The notes below the pieces were generated by a model, which made no database searches, was not told the origin of the DNA, and was given only the letters and a program-made list of their open reading frames with translations. Shown piece by piece: positions 23,584-36,465 of a stretch of DNA of 64,000 nucleotides; positions within the stretch are counted from its first letter, which is position 1, and every line of letters begins with the position of its first letter. The translations under genes were made by a program, and so were the position numbers. Origin of the DNA: Glycera tridactyla (Eukaryota); NCBI GenBank assembly GCA_965644265.1, contig OZ286459.1:136338001-136402000 (forward strand). Reading direction: 5' to 3'.

Positions 23584-25129
23584 GTAAGTAGTGACTTTGG
23601 CTTTGGCAAAAGTTTTGTACCATATTAACCCAAACTGCAGAGATTTCGAATAATATCTGACCCAGTTTTCACTAACTACATGTAATAGACTCATCTATGA
23701 ACGTGTGCTGTTTCGCTAATACCAAAAAGTGATGTTTGGTAAATTGTAAGAACTCACATGCGAGTATCGTGGGAATGGCGACAAGAGATCCCTAATATAA
23801 ATCACCTGTATTGGAGAGATGTGCTTCAAAAGAATAGAATAGGATGTACTCTTTTTTTTTCAGGGGGGGGGGGGGGTGTCTCACCAAAGGTTCTTTGTAT
23901 TGGAATGAAGTTTACAACAGTTGGAGATACACTGTGTAGCAATATCTGAGGCTCGGGTAACCGCTTCTAGCATTATTTAGATTCATATCTGTAATAAATG
24001 TAAGTAATGAGCTTCATTGGGGTATTTGTAACTTTCAGGTGTAACTGTAAAATTGTTCAGAGCAAAATTTGCATTTCACCAGACCATGTCTGTAGCAACA
24101 ATTCCATGTGTTTTTATATCTGATGCAGTTTACTAAATAGAGACATGCCACAAACATGCATTTCTGTAATTTTTTGTTCAAATCTTAAAGATTTTTGTAT
24201 GACAGAATTGAATCAACCATGTTCAGTCGGATTAAGATTTGTGTGGTATCAGGTATCAGTAATGAACCAGTAATGAATTTGAGACCACCAGGCGTATACA
24301 TTTTAAGTCCAGGAACTGACATTACCACAACCTCCAGACTCAAATTCTCCATGTGACTGGAACACCTATATAATGTTGGCCTGGTGTTTGTTTTTCTCTA
24401 AATTTGATTCAACTTGATAGATTAATTCCGACTCGAATTGGAGGCTCAACACTCAGGCATTTTCATTTCCCCAATTCTTTCAACAAGAGGACCAGCTAAA
24501 CACACATTTGACTTTTGTAATTCAGTGCCATATTTTCACAAATCTCTGTTTTATTTGGTTCTGTTTGAGTTTCTGTGTTGTGAAATTTCAATCCATTCCA
24601 TCCCTGAGATTCATTTTGTTGTTGTTACACATCATTCATGTGGATGCCCACCAATGATTTTCATTTGTTGGAAAGTCACTTTTCTGGAAATTGCTCGCTG
24701 CATGTGCCATTTTGTGGACTCCCATCAATGTCGACCATGGCAAAATCCCATCCTGTATCTATTCTGAATCAATTTCAGAAAAATCAATGACATAAATAAA
24801 TAATAAACGTAATAAACGTAAGGTGGCCACACGGTTATTTCCACCAGCGACGCTCCACCATCACCATGTATGACCCCATCAACGGTGTGGTCGACTGCCC
24901 CTATCACAAACCCCAGGTTCAGTAATGAAAAACAAGTTTAGAATCTGATATCAGAAATTTGTATTCCACTTTTCAGGGAGCGTGGATATTTAGTAGGGAA
25001 ATCTGAAGCTGACAAAATGGCTGGTAAAGACCCCAAATCAATGTGGAATCCTCGAGGTTAATCCATAAGAAAGGCCGATTTACAATCTCTTACAATTATG
25101 AATATTACTAATACTGTAATGGTTGAAGA

Positions 25130-25272
25130 ACAAAAAGAATGGTCTCTCAAAATAGGTGGTCTCTCATCAGAGGTAAATTTGGCTATATCAAATAGAGAAG
25201 CTGCTCTGGAAAAAGTGGTCTCCCATCAAAGGTGGTCTCTCGTCAGGGGGTTTCTTTTTGCAGGTATAACTG
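25130..25272. mobile_element. Degenerate family A MITE
   Basis: GGTGGTCTCTCATCAGAGGT...TTTGGCTATATCAAATAGAG...CAGGTATAACTG|TA resembles the 3446 copy. Left end not resolved. Confidence 0.55.
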
Positions 25273-25380
25273 TAGACATCATTGAATATGAGTGATACAA
25301 ATATATCTGCAGTGATACAATATTGTGTGAAGTGGGCAGAACTCTGGTCCAGTCAAGTCAGCCTGATAGACAGCACACTA

Positions 25381-25551
25381 CAGTCAAACTTGTCCTTAGG
25401 AAGAATCCTAAGATGAAACTGTGTGCTTAGAGCAAATTCATACTAAGAATAGGATGATTATAGTGGGAATACTCAGGTGGGATGGGAAGAGATCTGTTGC
25501 TTAGGGCAAGTATATATTTAGTACAACTCATGCTTAGAACAAGTTTGACTC
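25381..25551. mobile_element. pogo-like MITE, family B (CAGTCAAAC termini)
   Basis: TA|CAGTCAAACTTGT...ACAAGTTTGACTC|TA, 171 bp, with GCTTAG and TTATAGTG motifs. Confidence 0.75.
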
Positions 25552-28500
25552 TATCTGTACGAGCACTTGCTGAGGGAATTGTGCCAGTGTTAACTGATGG
25601 CCTTGCTACCAACGCTCACCATCCCCAGCTTGCCCTGTCATTCAATATGATCATATCAAATTTCTTACCAATACTTGCAAATATGCAGCTTGGGCTTATC
25701 ATCCTGAGCTGTCATCGTGGACTGTGAAACCAACTTGAGACTGCTGCATTCATTTTCTTTACTAAAATATGTATGCATAAATCAAATATAAATTGTCATA
25801 CAGTAGAAAAAAGGGAGAGAACTGTTGATTTTGAGATTGCATGGATGTTTTTAGCATTCAGTGTAGGAGAACAATGGTATACAATGCTTCAGCCTCATTC
25901 CGATATACCCAGCCTCATTCTGGTGTACCCAGCCTCATCCTGATACTGCAGCCTGCTTTCACAAAGAGAATCACTCTGTGTTAATCTGGCTCTGAGTGAT
26001 ATGGCAAAGTCTCCCAAAGCCACAAGTATAAATAAATCCAGGCCACATCTTGATTTGGTCATAGTTGTGTTTGACGGGGTGTTTTAATGCTGCCCGGCCT
26101 CAAGTTATGTCAGTAGGCTTCCTGCCTAATGTCATACACATTTTTACTTACAGACTGGCTGCCCGACTAATAAGGTGGGATTTATGTCTGTTGCTAACCA
26201 TGCATGTGCACTCTTCCCCACCCATATGGGATCAATACTTTTTCATGGGACAGATCAGAAGGCACATGGGATGGTGTTGTAATCCTGTTTGCAGTGACAG
26301 TTGTGCAAAAGTGGTGACTTGCAGGGTTCTATTCAACTGGTCACTGATTTTGGTGGTTCCCATGTGGTACATCCTTTGTATCATCCCACTTGCCACCTTC
26401 TGGTCAATGCCGGCATTGTATGAAACTGTATTGAACCTTCCCATAATGACACTAACTTGTGCTGTGATCATAGACAGGAGCAGAGAGTGATGAATATGGT
26501 CGCTATCTCTGTGTCATAAAGCAGTGTGAAGGCACAATTACTATAGATGTATTGTGCCTCAACTTCCTTTCCAATGACCGATCATGACCATTCACGTGAG
26601 AGCTCAGATAGAAAGAGTGATCATTCTCGTTCTATGAAACATGACATCCATTTAGGTATGATAAGAGATATGCATAGGATTTTACCTGAGCAGAAGACAC
26701 CAGATTTTAAATACAAATTGATGATGCTGATTTCATCCAGGAACATTGTGATTCAAAATGGAGTTGGGGATGATTTATATATGGTAGGAGAATATCAGTA
26801 TTCATTAATCACAGAGGTGAATTGAGAAAATGGATCAACATTAATCGTCAAACAATATTAGGAACATCATCATGATGTTAGGGGTTGTTATGATACAGAT
26901 GACTTTGTACAACTTTCATGAATTTTGTTTTTGAGATATTATATTAGTAAGTACTTGCTTATTGATTCTTGCAGTCTAGTCAGCTGAACTGCTTTAGATA
27001 TTTTGTTTAGCAACCTCTAGTTACTGGTTGCAGCTTTATTCTGAAATTTGCCTTGATTTAGGCACACTGTGTTGTGGCTAATTAAACTTTATACGAGACT
27101 GAATAGTGCAAGAGGGAATGGAAGAACACGTTGAATGTGATATTGTATCATGAGTAATGTGTAATGTGTTTCTTCTTCTTCTGTCAATGTGTTGTGCTCC
27201 TGTAGACCCTTTTCCAATCAAATCTTATCGGTGGGGTTATTTTACCATGATATCATGCACCCGGCAACCATGTTTCTGGATTTTTGACCCAAGATCGGTG
27301 GAAATTAGCAGTTCTATCTCATCAATATTTGAATTGGGTTGAAATTGGCATATCTGCACCTGATTCCATATCTTTCAGAGAACTAGAGCAATTTGGACAG
27401 TCAGGCCTTGTTCAGAGTGTGTCTGCAAATGATATGGCCCATGCTATTGGTTGGATTGCCTCATTTTCATCACACCTCTCTAAATCCAGACCAAATTGGT
27501 GGAGCACTGCACCAATGGGAGTTCTTTCAGTTATTTACGCTGCACATTTAAATAAATATGTCACTGTTGCTGGCCAATCAGGTCATGCTATTTTATTTTG
27601 TGCTGAGCTACAGATGTTGGCAGTGGCCATACTTCAAGCTTTTGATTTTCAGTCGAATTTGCTTATATCCGCACTAATTTGTTGTATGCAGGGTCAATAC
27701 ATGTCTTAGATTTCCAGATTTAAAAGCATGAATGCTTTATCTTCTGTTTTCTTGTAGATTGTGTTTTTGGTAGGTTACTTTCTCTCCTTGTGTCTTCCAT
27801 CTACTGTGACCAGAGGTTTTAGGTTTTTCTTAGTTTTTGTCATCTGGATATCCATGAAATGATTGAGACTGTTTGTACCTATATGTTATCAATGTTAGTG
27901 TGCATTGCCTCTGGCATGTGAATCATATATTGATATCTGCTACCTGATCTGAGACATCATGCAGTGAATGAGGGAGTAGTTCCTTTGTGGAATTTTGTTG
28001 GAGGTCAGTAAAAATGGAAATTTACTCAGGAAAAAGACTTTGGAAAGTGAATTATTTCACTTCCAGGAACCTTTAAGGACCCTGTATGCATTACACATAT
28101 GCACTATATTTTACTGAAGGAATCCCCATCCTGATGAGGGGATGCAATTTGTGTATATTGGACATAGATAGGTGCAGAGCTATACCTTGAACGGGGATGG
28201 GGCCGATGGACACATAAAACCATTCTAATTGTTGCCCATGGTTAGGGCTTGGATCGCCTGAAGAATCCCTTCACATATGTCAATCTTGGCCCCAATTGCC
28301 AGTGACCAAGGTCACTCTATCCACCCATATTTTGAAATAAAGCAGCATTGTTTCTTACTTGAGTGGCCTGTCCTATGGCAAATTGACTCGATATTAACAG
28401 CAGTCTTAATTTTGGCCTCTCATCTTGAAAGGCTGAATGTAGCTCCATGGGATTCAGTGTGTGGATTGCATGTGGATGGGTAGGGGGGGGGGGGGTGGTT

Positions 28501-29782
28501 AGGAGTAGATGGGTGAGTGTGCATTGTGTCTGCATATGTGGATGGGTGATTGAATATTGAATGAACCCCCCCCAAAAAAAAAAAAAAAAAAATCATAATA
28601 AAAAATACCCACTGGTATCCACTCCTCACAGTCACCCTTTTGATGCAGAAATAGGGTCCATCAGAAATTGGAGAGAAATTGTCGGTTGTTCTTATATTGA
28701 CTACATTTTAGGAATTTTCATCTAACTTTGTTGGTGTCATGACATATTCCAAGGAATCTAAGGTTGGGAGGAGATTGGTATCAATTGAGCAATGTCTCAA
28801 AAATTCCTTCTCTTTTTTCCGCAAATTATTCTTTACCCCTCGAGTTCTTGTTGTTTAAGTTGGAGAAGTTTGAATTAGTTACGCTAACAAGTCGTACAAG
28901 GATGTCATTGGTCAAATTTGTCATCACTTTCTGGGTTTTCAAGGCTGAATTGTACTTTTTCATTAATGTTAGATACTTGGAATTATAGGAATATTTCAGA
29001 CATACATCTCTATTTATAACTTATCACTGTGTTATCATATATTGACTGAAGAGAGGTTTTTGAATTTCAGGCAGCATTCTTATTGGGTGTCGTCAGTGTT
29101 GCTGAAGGGTAGGGGTTGTAGGAATATTTTGTTTAATCCAGTTATTACAAATTTGTTCCTTTCAATGAACTGTTGAAGGTATTTTTCAGTTATCTTGTTC
29201 ATAATTACTTTCAATCTGTTCAGAATGATCAAATGAATCATTCAGATGGCAGTTCTGTATTTTATGGAGTTGGTTGAGAGTCTTTCAGGATTGCTGCTGA
29301 ATTATGAAGGGCAATTTTGTTCTATTTTTCAATGTTGAAATTCCGTAACCCCTATTCAATCCTGAACTGCTGGACAATGATATGTGTCGCTCACAGTGAA
29401 TTTGGCCACATTGTTACACACTTGTTCAATTTCCGGTGCTAGCATTCCAACTGAAGAGTATCCATCCATTGTCTGTCGGCTATCTCAGTGACCCCCTCCC
29501 TGTCTGTCTCTGTCTCTCTCTCTTCCTCCCGCTCTTTTCTTTTCTTCTTTTCTCACTCTCTTTCCCTCTCTCAAAACTTGCCAAATTGCAGCAGGAACAT
29601 CAAGTCATCATAGCTTTTGAACAGATGTCAGAATGTATACATTTGAGTCAATGTCTACGGATAGTGCAGCATACACTGCCACTGAAAAACTTCATTTCAA
29701 TGCCAAGTGTGGTCATCGGAGTGTTGTAATGAAAATTTATGGAGGTGAATACAGACTAGTGCTCAGATAACCTTCTGCTAAG

Positions 29783-29860
29783 TTATTATGCCCCCCCCCC
29801 CCCCCCCTCAACCGAATGTAGGGGTGCATACTGAATTCAGTCTGTCCGTAAACAATTTCT
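29783..29860 (+). mobile_element. Probable truncated 5' end of a HINE/Helentron-like element
   Basis: TTATTATGCCCCC...GTAGGGGTGCATA...GTCTGTCCGT: short inverted repeat followed by a GTCC-type microsatellite seed. Confidence 0.4.
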
Positions 29861-29890
29861 GTGTCCACTGTGTTAATGCTACACTGCCCG

Positions 29891-31153
29891 TTTTTATACC
29901 CCGCTTTTGAAAAAAGCTGGGTATTATAGTTTCACCTCCGGCGTACGTACGTACGTACGTACGTCCGCTCACATTTCATGCAATAACTTTGGATTGGCTG
30001 GTCCAATTTTCGTAAAACTTCATAACTGTGATCTATGAAAAAATCGTATTCGAGAATTTGATTTTCGTACCCAAAGGTCAAAGGTCAAGGTCACAGGAGC
30101 TATTTATAGATTTTCTCATTTTACACTCTAACTCAAGTTAGCCTAAATGGATATGCATCAAACTTACACAAAGTAATGACCTAATGGTAGGCCACCTCCC
30201 TTCCTATGCATGTGACCCCAGGTCAAAGGTCGAGGTCACAGGAGCTATTTATAGATTTTCCCATTTTACGCTCTAACTCAAGCGAGCTTTGATGGATATG
30301 CACCAAACTTACACAAAGTGATGACCTAATGGTAGGCCACCTGCCTTCTGATGCATGTGACCCCAGGTCAAAGGTCAAGGTCACAGGAGCTATTTATAGA
30401 TTTTCCCATTTCACACTCTAACTCAAGCGAGCTTTGCTGGATATGCACCAATCCTACACAAAGTAATGACCTAATGGTAGGCCACCTCCCTTTCGATGCA
30501 TGTGACCCCAGGTCAAAGGTCAAGGTCACAGGAGCTATTTATATATTCTCCCATTTGCACTCTAACTCAAGAGAGCTCCGATGGATATGCACCAATCTTA
30601 CACAAAGTAATGACCTGATGGTAGGCCACCTCCTTTACGATGCATTTGATCCTAGGTCAAAGGTCAAGGTCACAGGAACCATTCATAAATTTTCTCATTT
30701 CACACTCCAGCTCAAGCTTGCATTGATCGATATGCACCGAAGTTTCACAACGTGAAGACCCAATGGTGAGATATCTCCCATTTGATGCATGTGACCCTGC
30801 GTCAGAGGTCAAGGCCATAGGAGCTATTTTTAAATTTCCGCATCCCACACAATAACTCAGGCTAGCATTGTTGGATGAAGATCAAACTGATCTGGGATGA
30901 TCAAGCAATGTTACAACATCTCCCTTACAATGCATGTGACCCTAAGTCATAGGTCAAGGTGAATGTTTTAGGTGCTACTACATATGTATTAGATTTTCTA
31001 ATTCTACACAGTGATCCAGTGACTTATTACATAGCCAACCAAACATCTCAATGACCTTTTCCGATATGGGTTACCCACTGTGCTCCAGTGTGCGATATGG
31101 GTTACCCACTATGCTCCCGTGTGCGGGGTATATTGCCCCTCTGTGGCCTTGTT
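29891..31153 (+). mobile_element. HINE / non-autonomous Helentron (DINE-1-like architecture) carrying a tandem array
   Basis: 5' TTTTTATACCCCGC, (CGTA)n microsatellite at ~29942-29965, inverted subterminal GCGGGGTATA at 31123-31132, short GCC...GGC hairpin, 3' CTTGTT. Confidence 0.75.
30076..30965 (+). repeat. ~145-bp tandem repeat, ~6 copies plus the start of a 7th, inside the HINE
   Basis: The GGTCAAAGGTCAAGGTCA anchor recurs at 30076, 30221, 30366, 30511, 30655, ~30800 and ~30945. Later copies are more diverged. Confidence 0.9.
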
Positions 31154-31954
31154 GATATGTGGACTACCCATGAGGGGTATGTGTGCATAGGCATATTTGT
31201 TTGACCCCGGGACTTTTGATTCTCTGTCAATTTAAACTCAGCATGATTATCACATCATTTATGGTATGTGGAAAGTGTTGCATGACGACTGTGGCAGATC
31301 AAGTCACATGATATTTCATCTTGAAGTGAATTCCACACATTGTTCTGATTCATTTGTATTGTGAATGTAAATGCAATGTTGTCTTGTAGTCTTGCTAACC
31401 AAAATATCTCACAGTTTATTTTTTCGAGTGGAGACGAAAGTGCTATTTCATCACTGTCATCATGGCTTACCAGTCACCTGCCTTCTTTTCACGCTTCCTA
31501 TTTGGACCCACAGTGCTAATATTCCTGAAACTCTCATGAATTCTCTTTCAGAATTGAAATACAGAAGCTGTTAGTATCTGGTTGCAATTCACAATTAGAG
31601 TAAATCAGGAAATCAGAGTCTCAATTGATGACATTCAAGGAAATTTTGCGTCTTTCTAGTATCCTCAGTGCAGGATTTTAGATCTTGGCACACTGATGCA
31701 GGCTTATTTAACCATTGGACAAATTCATCATGTGATGAATACCAATTAATAAGGTATGCCAAAATCAGAATATGATGCCATTTGGTTTACAAATTTACTT
31801 CGAACAGAGGAGGCGCACTACCACTAACATTCTTCTAGCATGACAGCGAGGTGAGAAATGAATTCTCACACAACCTGCAGTTCCTGGTTAATCAGTTCAC
31901 CTGCATCATCACCATGTCCCGTATGGTTTACATAGTTTGGTGATGTGATTGCAG

Positions 31955-32275
31955 AGCTTGATGAAGGAGCTAGAGAAACGTGAAATTACCTTCAACCTGG
32001 CGCAAGATAAGGGTGAGGCACTTGTGATGGATCGGCATCCCGCAGCCAAGACGATCGAGGCCTACATGGCAGCGATGCAGACACAGTGGTCATGGCTTCT
32101 TCAGCTGTCCCAGTGCCTTGAGACGCACCTCCGACATGCTTCACAATACTACCAGTTCCACGAGCAAGCCAAAGACTGTGAACGCTGGATCAGCAAGACC
32201 AGTGATAAGTTGGACACCTTTGATAAAACAAGCGTGGGATTGGATGATGGTGAAAAACTTCTTCGGGAAATTCAG
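31955..32275 (+). CDS. shot: Spectraplakin exon SLMKELEKREITFNLAQDKGEALVMDRHPAAKTIEAYMAAMQTQWSWLLQLSQCLETHL...GEKLLREIQ
   Basis: Acceptor gattgcag|, donor CAG|GTAAGA, 321 nt, phase 0-0. HPAxxTIEAYxAAMQTQWSWLLQL is a strongly conserved plakin motif. Confidence 0.97.
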
Positions 32276-33114
32276 GTAAGACACATCTCATAGGGAGGCA
32301 ATTGTTATTTTAGCAAAAGGATGCATAAACAAAGTAAAATTTGATGTTAAATCGTATGAATGTTGATGAGAGTTACCCAGTGATGCCCAAATTTCTCTAC
32401 CAGTTTCTCACATCACATATCCAAAGAAAATCATTTCCACCATCACAATGATATCTGGATACATGCAGACTCATTCCATTACCTACTTCTCCCTCAAACC
32501 TCCTCCCTCCCTTAGCCTCAAGGAGAAGATCTATTTCTCGAATCACATTGTGATTCAGGGCCCTACTCTTCCTTTCAGTGGATATCATACAATTTGATGA
32601 AATCCAGACTGGTGCTGTTTCTCAGAATGGTTTTTGACGCTAACCTATAGCACATAGAATATATCCAGAATCATCATCAGATCGGTTCTTGCCAGCTATG
32701 AAAGCAAGCCAGATTTTGGGGTCTTCCATGCATGATTTGATTCCAGCTGCATAGTCCAGTTCTTTGTCTTGTCTTAGAGTTGGTCAACAGAGATGTACTG
32801 TTGTCTGACACGTTGAGCTACACTATGAGTTGTCTCCCATAGAAAGAGGTTGCTGACTGCCAGCTCCTTGTGTCCCAGAGTCTTAACTTTCCTGGAGACT
32901 CAAATCAGACACTAATTCAGTACCAAAACACTCAATTTACACACAAATGCAACTGCATCAAAGTTTGGAATAACTCACCAGTGTTTCTTAACACCCATAC
33001 AAATGGTGAGCTTCGTTGCTTGATGTCCCATGTTGTCTTCCATGATATTGGGCAACTGATAACCATTAGATGTCAGTTTACTTGTTTTTATCGCTAATGC
33101 CACATTTCTTGTAG

Positions 33115-33261
33115 GAGATTGGTGACCAGATCAACCATCACCAGCCAATTGTTGATGACATTCTTCAACAGAGCCATGAAGTCGTGCCACTGAAGCTGCG
33201 TGGACAGCGCCATACTAGACCCCGCAAAGTTACTGCCTTGTGTGCTTACAAACAGATTGGG
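33115..33261 (+). CDS. shot: Spectraplakin exon EIGDQINHHQPIVDDILQQSHEVVPLKLRGQRHTRPRKVTALCAYKQIG (start of plakin SH3)
   Basis: Acceptor tttcttgtag|, donor GGG|GTAAGT, 147 nt, phase 0-0. VVPLKxR...ALCxYKQ marks the SH3 entry. Not in the ORF track. Confidence 0.93.
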
Positions 33262-33878
33262 GTAAGTCCATGACCTACTGTCATAATTATCATCCAGGAT
33301 TAGTACCATACCTACTCTGGGGATTGATTAAGTAGAATTGATTTTGATTGATCAATTAATTAATTGATGTTTTGTTAACGTGCAAAAAGACAGATTTGGT
33401 GAGATGGGAGATGTTGACTGACATGACTGCAGGAGTTTGAAGGCATGAGTTCATTCAGAAAATAATCATAGTACAATGTAGAGTGAATGATGGACAAAAA
33501 TTTATTTAAAATGATGGTGATGACTGGGCCTGCATTTTTAGAGAAAAAAAACATTTAATCATCAGTTGAGTCACTATGAAGGTGATTGCAAAAATATTGC
33601 TTTCCATAAATGTGATGCTGATTTAGTAGAATGATGCCCAATTCTATCAGGTTTTTGAGCAAATCATCTCTTGGCCATGATGATAATTGATGTATGCAGC
33701 AGCTTTTCATCTTGTCATCAAGCTTTGAAAATGAAAATCAGTGTTATCAGAAGGAATAAACATGGAATTCAAAATCTTGATATGAAAGTTGAAATCGTGG
33801 AAATGAATGGCAGGTCCCCCTTCATGTTATACCTCATTGATATCTCAGTCTATATGCTCTGTTCACTTGTATTTACAG

Positions 33879-34033
33879 ATCAGCATTTCGAAGGGTGAGG
33901 AATGTGTACTGCGTGATAACTTTCAGAAGACAAAATGGACGATACAGAATTCTGCTGGTCAGGAGAGTCTCGTACCAGGAGTCTGTTTCTTCATTCCACC
34001 ACCAGATGATGATGCCATCTCGTTTGCAACAAT
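33879..34033 (+). CDS. shot: Spectraplakin SH3 exon ISISKGEECVLRDNFQKTKWTIQNSAGQESLVPGVCFFIPPPDDDAISFAT(M)
   Basis: Acceptor tatttacag|, donor AT|GTGAGT, 155 nt, phase 0-2. KGEECxLxDN...W...VPxVCFxIPPP is the plakin SH3 motif. Confidence 0.95.
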
Positions 34034-34501
34034 GTGAGTAGCAACTGAATTCTGGTTCATGTATGGAGAGACATGAAGAGATGAATTAATGAAAATAAGG
34101 AGATAGATATGTCAATGAATGTATAAAAAAAATGTGTTCATTGAATGAATTGAGGTGGTGGTGAGTGAAATGGAATGAAAGAGAACCGATAATAGTCAAA
34201 CCTGCTCAAGAGACCACATCTATAAAGGCTACCTGCAAAGGCTACCAGCAAAACTGACTTGCTGATTTATTGATTCCCATTTTCAATGTTTGATGGCAAA
34301 TCACTAGTCAGGTTATATTATAAAGTGAAGACATTTGCTGTGAGTGAATGTGAATTTTTAAGATTAACGCATTTTAGAATTGGTTTCAGATCTGGTATTC
34401 ATGACATTCTGTTCCGTTTGTAGTTCATGGTAACTGTGTTATTTTTGATTTATGACAAATTCATATTTATAAAGTTTTTGAATTCAAATTTTTTTGCTCA
34501 G

Positions 34502-34616
34502 GATTCAGCGACAATTTGAGGATTTAAAAAGAAAGTGGACTGAGCACCAGCGGCAGCTGAAGAAGCAGATGCTGTTTGCCACGACAGATGTTGTGAAACA
34601 GTGGGATGTGAAACAG
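34502..34616 (+). CDS. shot: Spectraplakin exon (M)IQRQFEDLKRKWTEHQRQLKKQMLFATTDVVKQWDVKQ
   Basis: Acceptor ttttttgctcag|, donor CAG|GTTAGT, 115 nt, phase 2-0. Confidence 0.92.
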
Positions 34617-34968
34617 GTTAGTGCCCCTAGTACCGGGATTTCATTGTTCCCCAGATCCGAGGATTTCCATGTTGCAACTAGCTATGTAAATGGCAGAAAG
34701 AAGCTTGGTATGCTTACTGTTATGGTTTTCAGATCATCGAAATTGGATCACAATCAGCGGAGTTAGAGAATGTCCTTGAAAATTTTGACACCATCAGAAC
34801 TCTTGTGCATTAATAATCTTTTTATCAGATTCTTTTATCAGGTACACGACTTGACCATATCTATTTTTTCAATCTCATGTCAAGTGATATAGGACGTATC
34901 TGGATGAATATGGTGCTATGGATGTCACTTGGCTATTTGATCAAATTGATATGTTATCGGTCACACTA

Positions 34969-35055
34969 CAGTGAAACCTCCTTTGAGAGACTGCTTTTCA
35001 TCGGTTCATTTCTATTTGGCATAGTCAAATATACCTCCCAAGAGAGTTTTTACTG
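34969..35055. mobile_element. Internally deleted family A MITE (87 bp), 36 nt upstream of an exon acceptor
   Basis: TA|CAGTGAAACC...TTTTTACTG|TA. Confidence 0.65.
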
Positions 35056-35091
35056 TACTTCTCTTATGAATGTGGTTTTGGATTTGTTTAG

Positions 35092-35275
35092 TTCCAGTCG
35101 CTTGGTCGATCGCAGCGTGAGGCCATCATGAGGGCATTAAATGAGGATGCAGAACAGCTCGTTGCAGAATATGGCAAAGACGCCATCCGTGATCCAGATC
35201 TTCGTCGCCTCCAAGATGAGATGCGCATTTGCAACCGCATTTATAATGATCTCACAGCTAAGTGCAAAGACAAAG
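35092..35275 (+). CDS. shot: Spectraplakin exon FQSLGRSQREAIMRALNEDAEQLVAEYGKDAIRDPDLRRLQDEMRICNRIYNDLTAKCKDK
   Basis: Acceptor gatttgtttag|. The donor AAAG|GTCAAT is weak, but its phase 1 matches the next exon. 184 nt. A nearby alternative acceptor at 35097 is possible. Confidence 0.85.
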
Positions 35276-35367
35276 GTCAATATTTGTTCTGGTTAATTCT
35301 TTATATTGTGTCACATTGTTTTGATATTCAGCCTGATTAAGTGCAGTCATCTATTTGATGAATTTAT

Positions 35368-35565
35368 NNNNNNNNNNNNNNNNNNNNNNNNNNNNNNNNN
35401 NNNNNNNNNNNNNNNNNNNNNNNNNNNNNNNNNNNNNNNNNNNNNNNNNNNNNNNNNNNNNNNNNNNNNNNNNNNNNNNNNNNNNNNNNNNNNNNNNNNN
35501 NNNNNNNNNNNNNNNNNNNNNNNNNNNNNNNNNNNNNNNNNNNNNNNNNNNNNNNNNNNNNNNNG
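35368..35565. other. Assembly gap (198 N)
   Basis: Run of N. Confidence 1.
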
Positions 35566-35749
35566 AGATGGTTAGAATGGAACTATGTTTCACGATACAT
35601 CATTTGAATGTACAAATTATGTTTTGAGGAATCATGCGATTTCTTGTGGATTTGTGTCATACTGGGGATTCAGATTCAAATCCTCAAGAAATGGGTCGAT
35701 TCCTCAGAATATAATTTGTACATTTCAATGGTGTATTGTGAAACATAGT

Positions 35750-35910
35750 TTCAGTTATGCCAATTTTCAGAAAATTTAAATTGGGTGAAAAATATCAATT
35801 TCAGAAATCGCTGAAATCTGGTTGGGGGTTTCAGAATAAGAAATTTTCATGATATGTGTGTGTAGTTTCAGAAAATGTTTCAATATTTCCGAAAATTCAG
35901 CTTCATCTTA
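35750..35910 (+). repeat. Diverged interspersed repeat (TTTCAGAAAAT-rich), related copies at ~38390-38540 and ~42720-42870
   Basis: By-eye similarity: CAGAAAATTT..TGGGTGAAAA...TTTCAGAA...ATATTTCCGAAAAT.CAGCT. Class not determined. Confidence 0.5.
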
Positions 35911-36128
35911 TTGACATCAGGGTAATTTCATTCTATGGATACAATCCTGTGTCAGGTAAAATGTACCACTGAGATTGTTTCAGGGCTATCACATGGATCA
36001 ATTTTGTTTACATTTCCTCGTAGCCGAGGGGGGGGGGGGGGGGGGGAGCCATCAAGGTTCAAATGTTCACATTTCCTCACCACTTCCATCCTGTGCAATC
36101 GCTCATGCATAACTATTTTGATTTTCAG

Positions 36129-36444
36129 ATGCCGACTCACCATCTGCGGAGTTAGTGTCGCAGCTTGATGCCCTACAGCATACTCTCGATGGGCTACATC
36201 AGACTTTAGCCCGCCGCATCACTGAACCACTGCCCAGAAATCTCGCTTCTGTTGAATCACTCGCCGTACGCCACAAGGAGTTCGAGAATGATTTACAGAT
36301 GCGTGAGAAAAACGTGGAAGAAGTACAGGAGGCCTACCAGAATATGAGTCCGCTGAAGAGGACCCCACAGTTGGAAACAAAGATGTCGAAAGTTGTTGAG
36401 AAATGGGAACAATTGTGGTCACAATCACATCTCTATGTTGAACG
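36129..36444 (+). CDS. shot: Spectraplakin exon (D)ADSPSAELVSQLDALQHTLDGLHQTLARRITEPLPRNLASVESLAVRHKEFE...WEQLWSQSHLYVE(R)
   Basis: Acceptor attttcag|, donor CG|GTATGT, 316 nt, phase 1-2. Confidence 0.92.
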
Positions 36445-36465
36445 GTATGTATCATGTTTGTTTAA

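Noticed and set aside
26065-26490. 141-aa ORF with MGWCC and a hydrophobic stretch as another alternative first exon
   Set aside because: No convincing phase-0 donor (only weak GTGGTG/GTTCTA), a TTG start, no positive-inside signature and no recognisable homology.
29480-29600. Long CT-rich tract followed by CAGCAG as an exon acceptor
   Set aside because: It looks like a (CT)n simple repeat, with no matching strong donor or plakin-like peptide downstream.
35368-35565. Possible exon hidden in the gap between exons 35092-35275 and 36129-36444
   Set aside because: The flanking phases already match (1-1) and the joined peptide KCKDK-D-ADSPSAEL reads continuously. A 3n-length exon cannot be fully excluded.
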